DNA from: Kiritimatiellia bacterium
Lineage (GTDB): Bacteria; Verrucomicrobiota; Kiritimatiellia; SLOV01
Direction: 5' to 3'
DNA: 51,481 nt
Assembly: GCA_007132345.1 (NCBI GenBank)
Contig: SLOV01000044.1
Location: forward strand, 1-51,481
The position numbers and the translations under genes were made by a program. Positions 26,811 through 34,236 of this stretch are shown piece by piece (position 1 is the stretch's first letter; each line of letters begins with the position of its first letter). Below the pieces are notes generated by a model. The model was not told where the DNA came from. It ran no database searches and saw only the letters and a program-made list of their open reading frames with translations.

Positions 26811-26894
26811 AACTGGACAGTATCGCGTACAAGGTCGCCGCCTGCCACCCGTTTTCTTCATTTTCTGATCCCGCTGGATCAAGCTCTGCCGCAA

Positions 26895-27028
26895 AGAGAA
26901 CGCCCCCGGCCAGCTTCCCCGGCCGCGTAGAGAACGCCCCCGGCCAGCTTCCCCGGCCGCGAGAGAACGCCCTTGGCCAGCTTCCCCGGCCGCGAAGAGA
27001 ACGCCCCCGGCCGGTTTATCCGGCCGGA
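26895..27028. repeat. tandem repeat, 33-34 bp x 4
   Basis: The unit AGAGAACGCCCCCGGCCAGCTTCCCCGGCCGCG starts at 26895, 26929, 26962 and 26996. Copies 1 and 2 are identical, copy 3 has CC>TT, and copy 4 diverges into the perfect hairpin CCGGCCGG-tttat-CCGGCCGG (27008-27028). Confidence 0.9.
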
Positions 27029-27049
27029 GCGGAAGATTCGGAAGAAGAC

Positions 27050-28147
27050 TCAGCGCCGGAAATCCCGCAATCGCACCGGCCTTCTGCGCGCACCCCAAGC
27101 TCCGGGCTTAGACTCAAACACCCCCGCACACTTCGCGCCGCACGCCGGACAGGCCCCTTCACCCGTCACCGCCCAATGGGTAATCACATACCAATCGCGC
27201 CCGATCAGCCGCTCGCCGCATCCCGCGCAATATGTGCTGCCCCCCTCCTCGTCATGAACGTTCCCCGTGTAGGCATAGCGCACCCCGTTCCCCATCGCGA
27301 TTTCCCTCGCACGCACCAAGGTGCCGGCGGGCGTGGCTGGCTTGTCGAGCATCTTGTAGTCGGGATGAAACGCCGTGAAGTGCATCGGCACATCCGGCCC
27401 CAACTCTGCCACGACCCAGCGGGTCATTTCGTCGATCTCCTCGGGCGCATCGTTCTCGCCGGGAATCAGCAGCGTGGTGAGTTCAAACCAGACGCCCGTC
27501 TCATGCTTCAGATACACCAGTGTTTCCTGCACGCCAGCAAGCGTTGCGCCGCAGATCCGTTGATAGAAATCCTCGCTGAACCCCTTCAAATCGACATTTG
27601 CGGCGTCCATGTTCGCAAAAAACTCGCGGCGCGGCTCGGAATTGATATACCCAGCCGTCACAGCCACGGTTCGAATTTCCTGTGCATGACACGCCTTTGC
27701 GATGTCGACCGCATATTCGAGAAAGATGACCGGGTCATTATAGGTGAAGGCCACGCTGCGGCAACCGAGCGCGCGGGCGGCGCGGGCCACGGTTTCTGGA
27801 TCGGCCGTATCCGCAAGCGTATCGAACTCGCGCGATTTGCTGATGTCCCAATTCTGACAAAACCGGCAGGTGAGATTGCAGCCAGCCGTTCCGAACGACA
27901 AAACAGGCGTGCCGGGCAGGAAATGATTCAGCGGCTTCTTCTCAATGGGATCGATGCAGAACCCGCTCGACCGCCCATAGGTCGTAAGCACCATGGCGCC
28001 ATCCTTGCAGGCACGCACGAAACAGGCACCGCGCTGGCCGTCCTTCAGCCGACAGGCGCACGGGCAAAGCGTACAAAGCACGCGTCCGTTCGGTAACGGC
28101 TCCCAATAGCGCGCCGGCACGCCTTCCATGATCTGCGCGTCACTCAT
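27050..28147 (-). CDS. amrS: AmmeMemoRadiSam system radical SAM enzyme
   Basis: ATG 28145-28147. N-terminal CTLCPCACRL...GACFVR cluster; DPIEKKPLNHFLPG; radical-SAM CNLTCRFCQNW; C-terminal CAGCG...CPACG zinc-ribbon-like tail. Confidence 0.88.
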   Translation of the reverse strand: MSDAQIMEGVPARYWEPLPNGRVLCTLCPCACRLKDGQRGACFVRACKDGAMVLTTYGRSSGFCIDPIEKKPLNHFLPGTPVLSFGTAGCNLTCRFCQNWDISKSREFDTLADTADPETVARAARALGCRSVAFTYNDPVIFLEYAVDIAKACHAQEIRTVAVTAGYINSEPRREFFANMDAANVDLKGFSEDFYQRICGATLAGVQETLVYLKHETGVWFELTTLLIPGENDAPEEIDEMTRWVVAELGPDVPMHFTAFHPDYKMLDKPATPAGTLVRAREIAMGNGVRYAYTGNVHDEEGGSTYCAGCGERLIGRDWYVITHWAVTGEGACPACGAKCAGVFESKPGAWGARRRPVRLRDFRR

Positions 28148-28271
28148 TGCTTCCTCCGCCCGAACCCGAGAACCGAAGCGGGTCCATTGCGACAAGAAAA
28201 GTATAACGCAACTTTAGAGAAATGGCACGAAAGGGAAAACAGCAAGATGTCCGCAAACCTTTGCATGGCCT

Positions 28272-28292
28272 GCGGGAGCAGGATGCTCCCGC
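28272..28292. repeat. REP-like hairpin GCGGGAGC-aggat-GCTCCCGC
   Basis: A perfect 8-bp stem, identical to the hairpins at 33711-33731 and 34034-34054. It lies 4 nt downstream (minus sense) of the stop of the 28296-28514 small ORF. Confidence 0.7.
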
Positions 28293-28295
28293 GCT

Positions 28296-28514
28296 TCAGC
28301 GGCGGGCGCCTTCGCGAAGCCCATGCCCGAAACGCATCGTCCAGTCGACGACCGCCCGGTCCCACCCGATATCGTGGCCCGCCCGTTTGCTCTCGTCGCA
28401 CCGATGGCGACTGATATCGGCCGTGGTGTCGGCCAGCGCTTTAACCAGGCTCGTCTCGCGCATCCAGGGTTCCATCACTTGGGCGTGGGCTCGATCGTAC
28501 AGGTGCAGGTTCAT
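28296..28514 (-). CDS. hypothetical small protein (72 aa)
   Basis: ATG 28512-28514 is preceded by GAGAGATAGAG. The product MNLHLYDRAHAQVMEPWMRETSLVKALADTTADISRHRCDESKRAGHDIGWDRAVVDWTMRFG... reads like a real helical protein. It is the only part of the 758-aa antisense ORF that lies outside htpG. Confidence 0.3.
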   Translation of the reverse strand: MNLHLYDRAHAQVMEPWMRETSLVKALADTTADISRHRCDESKRAGHDIGWDRAVVDWTMRFGHGLREGARR

Positions 28515-28844
28515 CTCTATCTCTCGTTTCCGGTTTGAATGATCTTCGAATTCAAGTAGGTAGCATCGTCTATGCCAATTCGTGCGAGGTCGCGCCCGGC
28601 AGACATCTTCGCATGCACGTGCACACCCGACTTGGCATGGCCTATGCTCTATGAGTTCCCAGAAGCTGATGGCTGTGGCAGGCCAACCAATCATCAAAGG
28701 GCCGCGCGCCCAACCTAGCATCATTGAGCCTTGCCACAGCCAGCTTCCTCCCCTCCCCCGCCGCTCCAGACGGTTGACAAGCCCGCCGGGCTTTGGAACG
28801 TTCCCCGCCTCGTTCATGAACCCAACCCGGAGGTTTGTAGCGCC

Positions 28845-30728
28845 ATGAGCAAAAAGACCCGCAAATTCAAAACCGAGGTGCAGCAGCTCCTCGATCTCGT
28901 GATTCATTCGCTCTACTCGAAAAAAGAGATTTTTCTTCGCGAACTCATCTCCAACGCATCCGATGCCATCGACCGCGCCCGCTTCGAGGCGCTCACGATT
29001 AAGAGCGGCGACACCGGCCACCAGGAATGGGCCATTAGCATCTCGCCGAATCGCGAAGTACGTACGCTCACCATCAGCGATAACGGCATCGGCATGAACG
29101 CCGAGGAACTCGACCGCAACATCGGCACCATTGCCAACTCGGGCACCAAGGCCTTTCTTGCCGAACTCAAGAACAGCCAGGAAACAGGCAGCCCGCAACT
29201 CATCGGCCAGTTCGGCGTCGGCTTCTACAGTGCCTTCATGGTCGCCGACCGCGTCACCGTCGTCACCCGTCGCGTTGGCGAATCCAATGCCCTGCGCTGG
29301 GAATCGGATGGCGGCGGCAGCTATACGGTCGAAGAAACCGAACGCGCCGAGCCGGGCACCGACGTCACCCTGCATCTGCGCGAGGACCAGGACGACTACC
29401 TCAGCGAATGGCGCCTCCGCTCCATCGTGAAGGAATACTCCAACTACATCGAGTTTCCCATCCGCCTCCTCGTCACCCGCACCAAGGACGACAAGGAAAC
29501 CGTCGAGGAAGAAACCCTCAACTCCATGAAGTCCATCTGGAAGCGGCCCAAAGCAGAGATCACCGAAGAGGATTACCGCGAGTTCTATCACCACGTCAGC
29601 CATGACGGCGGCACACCGCTCGAAACGATCCATTTTCAGGCGGAGGGTGCCGTGGAATTCTCCGCGCTCCTCTACCTCCCCGAAAAGGCGCCCTTCGATT
29701 TGCTCGGTCCCGAACCGCAACACGGCATCCACCTCTATGTGCGGAACGTCTTCATCACCGACAACTGCAAGGAACTCATTCCGCCCTACCTCCGCTTCGT
29801 GCGCGGCGTGGTCGACTCCAGCGACCTCCCGCTCAACGTCTCCCGCGAAATGCTCCAGGACGACGCCATCGTTCGTAAAATCCAGAAGAACCTCGTCAAC
29901 CGTGTGCTCAAGACCCTCGCCCAGATGAAGGACAACCGGCGCGACACCTACGTCGGGTTCTTCCGCGAGTTCGGTAAAGTCCTGAAAGAAGGGCTGCACG
30001 CCGATTTCGCCAACAAAGACGCCCTTGCGGACCTGATGCTCTATCCATCCACGCATGGCGAGGAGCCCGTGACCCTGCGCGAAGCGCGCGACCGCCTGCC
30101 GGAAGAGCGGAAGACAATCTACTATCTCACGGCCGACTCCGAAGAGGCCGCCCGCCACTCCCCGCATCTCGAAATCTTTCGCGAGAAGGAAATTGAAGTG
30201 CTCCTCATGACCGACCCCATCGACGAATGGGTCGTGCAGTCTTTGCCCGAATACGACGGCTGCGCCCTGCGCCCCATTGACCGTGGCGAACTCGATCTCG
30301 GCCAGGCCGCCACCGAAGAACAGACAAAGCGCGACGCCGCCGCAGAAGCGCACCGCGACCTGCTCACCGCCATCGGCGAAAGCCTCAAGGAGCAGGTCAA
30401 AGAGGTGCGTTTCAGCCTGCGCCTCGCCGCGTCCCCCTGCTGCCTCGTCGCCGACGAAAACGCCCTGAATCCGCACATGGAACGCATCCTCCGCGCCATG
30501 AAGCAGGAAGTCCCCGAGACCAAGCCCATTCTCGAACTGAACCCGGCGCACCCGCTTGTCCCGCGCCTGCAAGCCCTCTTCGCCGAAGATCCGGACAGTG
30601 CGCAGTTGAAAGACTATATCGACCTCCTCTATAATCAGGCCCTGTTAAGTCAAGGGCTGCCTCTCCGCGATCCGGTCAAGTTCAGCCGTATGGTCAGCGA
30701 CCTGATGGTGCAGGCGGGCGCCTCCTGA
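28845..30728 (+). CDS. htpG: molecular chaperone HtpG (Hsp90)
   Basis: ATG 28845 gives MSKKTRKFKTEVQQLLDLVIHSLYSKKEIFLRELISNASDAIDRAR (GHKL ATPase N-box), GQFGVGFYSAFMVAD and LNVSREMLQ. Confidence 0.95.
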   Translation: MSKKTRKFKTEVQQLLDLVIHSLYSKKEIFLRELISNASDAIDRARFEALTIKSGDTGHQEWAISISPNREVRTLTISDNGIGMNAEELDRNIGTIANSGTKAFLAELKNSQETGSPQLIGQFGVGFYSAFMVADRVTVVTRRVGESNALRWESDGGGSYTVEETERAEPGTDVTLHLREDQDDYLSEWRLRSIVKEYSNYIEFPIRLLVTRTKDDKETVEEETLNSMKSIWKRPKAEITEEDYREFYHHVSHDGGTPLETIHFQAEGAVEFSALLYLPEKAPFDLLGPEPQHGIHLYVRNVFITDNCKELIPPYLRFVRGVVDSSDLPLNVSREMLQDDAIVRKIQKNLVNRVLKTLAQMKDNRRDTYVGFFREFGKVLKEGLHADFANKDALADLMLYPSTHGEEPVTLREARDRLPEERKTIYYLTADSEEAARHSPHLEIFREKEIEVLLMTDPIDEWVVQSLPEYDGCALRPIDRGELDLGQAATEEQTKRDAAAEAHRDLLTAIGESLKEQVKEVRFSLRLAASPCCLVADENALNPHMERILRAMKQEVPETKPILELNPAHPLVPRLQALFAEDPDSAQLKDYIDLLYNQALLSQGLPLRDPVKFSRMVSDLMVQAGAS

Positions 30729-30786
30729 CCCCGGCGCCCTCGGGGCGAAAACAAATCCGATACGGCCTCTTTCCAGAGACAACTCC

Positions 30787-32580
30787 ATGCTCGCCGACGC
30801 GCTCAGCCAACTCACCCCGGCGGCCTGGTTCACCCTCGCGACAGTCGCCACCTGCTTCGGCCTCCTCGCCCTGACCCGCATGCCCGCCGACTTCGTCTTC
30901 CTGGGCGGTCTCGTTGTCTTGCTGGTCGGCGGCGTGCTCAGCACCGAGCAGGCCCTGGCCGGGTTCAGTTCCAGCGGCATGATCACGGTCGGCGTGCTCT
31001 ACGTTGTCGTCACCGGCCTGCAGGAAACCGGCGGACTCTCCTGGATTTCCACGCATGTGCTCGGCCGCCCCACCGGTCCACGCCGCGCGCAGCTTCGCAT
31101 GATGCTCCCCGTCACTGGGCTCAGCGCCTTCCTGAACAACACCCCGGTCGTCGCCATGTTCATTCCCGTCGTCCAGGAATGGTGCCGACGCATCCGTGTC
31201 TCTCCCTCGCGCATGCTGATTCCCCTCAGCTACGCCAGTATCTTCGGCGGCATCTGCACCCTCATCGGCACCAGCACCAATCTCGTCGTGAACGGCATGG
31301 TCCAGGCCCGCTACGATGGCCTCTCTCTACCCATCTTCGAAATCGGCAAGCTCGGCCTGCCCTGCGCCATCGTCGGCACCCTCTTCATGGTCTTCGCCGC
31401 TCACCGCCTGCTGCCGGCCCGCAAAACGCTCGGCGAGGTTTTTGAAAACCCACGCGAGTACACGCTGGAACTCGAAGTCCCCGCAGGCAGCCTCTTCAAT
31501 GGCGTCTCCATCGAGAAGTCCGGCCTGCGCCACCTGCCCGGCGCTTATCTCGCCGAACTCATTCGCGACGACCAGGTCGTCTCCGCTGTCTCACCCAACA
31601 CCCTCCTCCAAGCGGGAGACCGCCTCGTCTTTGTTGGCAACATCGACTCCGTACGCGAGCTCTATAAACAGATCGGCCTGCAACCCGCCTCGGACCAGCT
31701 CTTCAAGCTCGACGCCCCCCGCCACCAGCGCTGCCTGGTCGAGGCCGTCGTTTCAGATACCTGCCCGCTCGTCAACCGCACCATTCGCAACGGCCGCTTT
31801 CGTAACGTCTACAACGCCGTCGTCATTGCCGTGGCCCGCAACGGCGAACGCGTGCAGGGCAAGATCGGCGACATCGTGCTGCGCCCCGGCGACACCCTGC
31901 TCATCGAGTCGCACGCCGGCTTCATTCCCCGCCAGAAGGACTCGCGCGACTTCTACCTCGTCAGCAGCGTCGAAGACTCCACCCCGCGCCGTTTCGAGCG
32001 CGCTCCCCTCGCCATGGTGGTTCTGGCAGGCATGGTCGCCGCCTCCGCCCTGGGTTGGCTCAGTATGCTCAAGGCCGCGATGCTGGCCGCCGCGGCGATG
32101 CTCCTGCTCCGCTGCTGCTCCCCCGGCCAGGCGCGCCGCGCCATCGAGTGGAATGTCTTGCTGGTCATCGCCGCCGCACTCGGTCTCGGCGTTGCGCTCG
32201 ACGTCAGCGGCGCGGCTGGCGCTATCGCCTCGCTGCTCCTGGGCATTGTGCGAGACCACCCATGGGGCGCGCTGGTCATGGTCTACTTCGTCACCGTCCT
32301 CTTCACCGAAACCGTCACCAACAACGCCGCCGCCGCGCTCGTCTTCCCCATTGCCATGAACACGGCCGAGCGGCTCGGCGTCAGTTCCATGCCCTTCATC
32401 ATGTGCATCATGGTGGCCGCCTCCGCCAGCTTCGCCACACCCATCGGCTACCAGACCAACCTCATGGTGTATGGTCCCGGCGGCTATCGGTTCAGCGACT
32501 ACCTGCGCATCGGCATTCCCCTCAACCTGCTAATCGCCACGGTCGCCCTCTCTCTCGCCCCGGTCATCTGGCCGTTCTGA
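30787..32580 (+). CDS. SLC13/DASS-family permease with two internal TrkA-C domains
   Basis: 597 aa. Two polytopic membrane halves flank two RCK_C/TrkA-C-like modules (LELEVPAGSLFNGVSIEKSGL... and LVEAVVSDTCPLVNRTIRNGRF...). Confidence 0.9.
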   Translation: MLADALSQLTPAAWFTLATVATCFGLLALTRMPADFVFLGGLVVLLVGGVLSTEQALAGFSSSGMITVGVLYVVVTGLQETGGLSWISTHVLGRPTGPRRAQLRMMLPVTGLSAFLNNTPVVAMFIPVVQEWCRRIRVSPSRMLIPLSYASIFGGICTLIGTSTNLVVNGMVQARYDGLSLPIFEIGKLGLPCAIVGTLFMVFAAHRLLPARKTLGEVFENPREYTLELEVPAGSLFNGVSIEKSGLRHLPGAYLAELIRDDQVVSAVSPNTLLQAGDRLVFVGNIDSVRELYKQIGLQPASDQLFKLDAPRHQRCLVEAVVSDTCPLVNRTIRNGRFRNVYNAVVIAVARNGERVQGKIGDIVLRPGDTLLIESHAGFIPRQKDSRDFYLVSSVEDSTPRRFERAPLAMVVLAGMVAASALGWLSMLKAAMLAAAAMLLLRCCSPGQARRAIEWNVLLVIAAALGLGVALDVSGAAGAIASLLLGIVRDHPWGALVMVYFVTVLFTETVTNNAAAALVFPIAMNTAERLGVSSMPFIMCIMVAASASFATPIGYQTNLMVYGPGGYRFSDYLRIGIPLNLLIATVALSLAPVIWPF

Positions 32581-32674
32581 CGAGCTTCCAGGCCGATTCA
32601 GGGTTGCGGCATCCGCATCACCTTACTACGGTGCCGTGCCTCACCTACCGTCACTCTCTTTTGGAGGCTCCCCA

Positions 32675-33697
32675 TTGAAATCCTTTCCGATCTTTCTCAC
32701 CGCACTGTTGCTGCCCGCCACGGCCTTCGCCCAGCTTCAGTGGGGCCGCGACCTTGAAGACCGCAAGACCTTCTCGATCGGCCTTACCTTTGGCTCCGTC
32801 TTCGGCCTCGACGGAGAAGTGCAGGAAACAACCCGCCCCATCGAGCAAGTGGGTGGGCGCACCTCCGGCGCCCCGCCCGAAAACTACAGTTGGCGCGAAC
32901 TCGGCTTCGACGAACAATTCGCTACCCTCGGCCTCTCGCTCGAAAAAGAATGGCGCCTCTTCACGCTGCAGAGCCATTTCCTGTATGGAAACCCTTCCGT
33001 CAGCGGCACCGCCGATCGCGACTTCTTCATCGGCGTCGACCGCGTAACGTTCCGCGGCCGCGATTTCGAGTATATGGTCATTCCCGAGGGCCAGCGTCTT
33101 TCCGGCGATCTGGACATATACGCCTTCGATCTCCGCTTTCTTTTCACGCCGGTCTCCTTCGGCGACGCCTATGGCCCCTCCTTCACGCCCTGGGGCCATC
33201 TCGGCCTCTTCGCCTTCATGGCCGACTACACCGTCGACGCCGGCCCTGCGCAGCGCGTCATCCAATACGAAAACCCGCCTCGCGACTATGTCGTCGGTGG
33301 GCGCGGCTCTGGACGCACCGGTCTGGTCGTGCCCGAGTTGGGCCTCGGCGGCAAAGCGCGCCTTCCGATCTCCGACCGCCTCGACCTGCACCTGCAGGCC
33401 TATGCCGCCTTCCTGCGTTATGACGGCAGCAGCCGCGATTTCGGTGTCAGTTCCCGCAACGAGAAGGCGGTCAATGTCGATTACACAAACCTCGGCGCGC
33501 GCGCCCTGCTCGAGTGGGATTTGAGTGACCGCGTGGGTGCCTTTGCCGGCGTGGAGTTTCAGCACTGGCGCGGCGAAGCCGACATACGTGCCACCGACAG
33601 GCCCCGCGAGGAAATCCTCGCCCTGCGCGAAAAATTCGACAAAGAGGTCACCTTCGAAATGTCCTCCCTCGTCGCCGTCGCCGGCCTGCGGTTTTGA
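32675..33697 (+). CDS. putative outer-membrane beta-barrel protein
   Basis: The likely TTG start at 32675 lies 7 nt after GGAGG (32663-32667); the track ORF starts at GTG 32636. The signal peptide is LKSFPIFLTALLLPATAFA|Q, the sequence has an alternating amphipathic strand pattern, and the C-terminus is ...VAVAGLRF. Confidence 0.65.
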   Translation: MKSFPIFLTALLLPATAFAQLQWGRDLEDRKTFSIGLTFGSVFGLDGEVQETTRPIEQVGGRTSGAPPENYSWRELGFDEQFATLGLSLEKEWRLFTLQSHFLYGNPSVSGTADRDFFIGVDRVTFRGRDFEYMVIPEGQRLSGDLDIYAFDLRFLFTPVSFGDAYGPSFTPWGHLGLFAFMADYTVDAGPAQRVIQYENPPRDYVVGGRGSGRTGLVVPELGLGGKARLPISDRLDLHLQAYAAFLRYDGSSRDFGVSSRNEKAVNVDYTNLGARALLEWDLSDRVGAFAGVEFQHWRGEADIRATDRPREEILALREKFDKEVTFEMSSLVAVAGLRF

Positions 33698-33706
33698 GCC
33701 ACAACG

Positions 33707-33850
33707 GAAAGCGGGAGCAGGATGCTCCCGCCACTATCGGGGGAAGCGCCTAAAGTGGCGGGAGCTTCCAGCTCCCGCTTCCGCCAACGGGCTCGTGTAA
33801 CTCGCCCCTCCATTTTGTCTGACCTCCAAACTGGAGGGCGGAGTTATACG
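33707..33850. repeat. 144-bp composite hairpin element, copy A (MITE/REP-like)
   Basis: It contains GCGGGAGC-aggat-GCTCCCGC (33711-33731), GCGGGAGC-ttcca-GCTCCCGC (33758-33778) and CCTCCA-aac-TGGAGG (33823-33837). By eye it is about 90 percent identical to copy B. Confidence 0.85.
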
Positions 33851-34029
33851 GACGTGAGTCCCCCCGTTGGTGGGACAACGTCCCTCCTCACGGGGGACGC
33901 CGTCAACGCCCGATACACCATGCTCGAAGGCCTGTCTCGTCATTCGACCCCGTACTCGTACACCTACTCGTACTCGCCGATCTCTCCAACCGTCAGAAGA
34001 GTTCGAATACCCTGCAAATGTCCGAGCCC

Positions 34030-34175
34030 GAAAGCGGGAGCAGGATGCTCCCGCCACTATGGTGGGGGCCGCTCTCAAAGTGGCGGGAGCTTCCAGCTCC
34101 CGCGTTCAGCAACGGGCTCGTGTAACTCGCCCCTCCATTTTGTCTGACCTCCAAACTGGAGGGCGGAGTTATACG
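34030..34175. repeat. 146-bp composite hairpin element, copy B (direct repeat of copy A)
   Basis: It has the same three hairpins (34034-34054, 34083-34103 and a TGGAGG hairpin) in the same order and orientation. The start-to-start distance from copy A is 323 bp. Confidence 0.85.
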
Positions 34176-34236
34176 ACGCCGTCAGCACCTGATTCTAACC
34201 GCACCGGGACATCGCGAAATTTCGGCTCAGTTCACC

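Noticed and set aside
26895-27028. Tested as a possible CRISPR array.
   Set aside because: The repeats are contiguous with no unique spacers, there are only four units, and there are no cas genes in the window.
26556-27098. The full 180-aa version of the yefM ORF.
   Set aside because: Its N-terminal 96 codons translate the 33-bp tandem repeat (AGEAGQGRSLAAGEAGRGRSL). The canonical YefM sequence starts at the internal ATG 26810.
28515-30572. The 758-aa minus-strand ORF opposite htpG.
   Set aside because: It is the antisense shadow of a very confidently identified htpG, with low-complexity Gly/Ala/Val/Glu content. Only the 72-codon tail outside htpG was kept, as a low-confidence feature.
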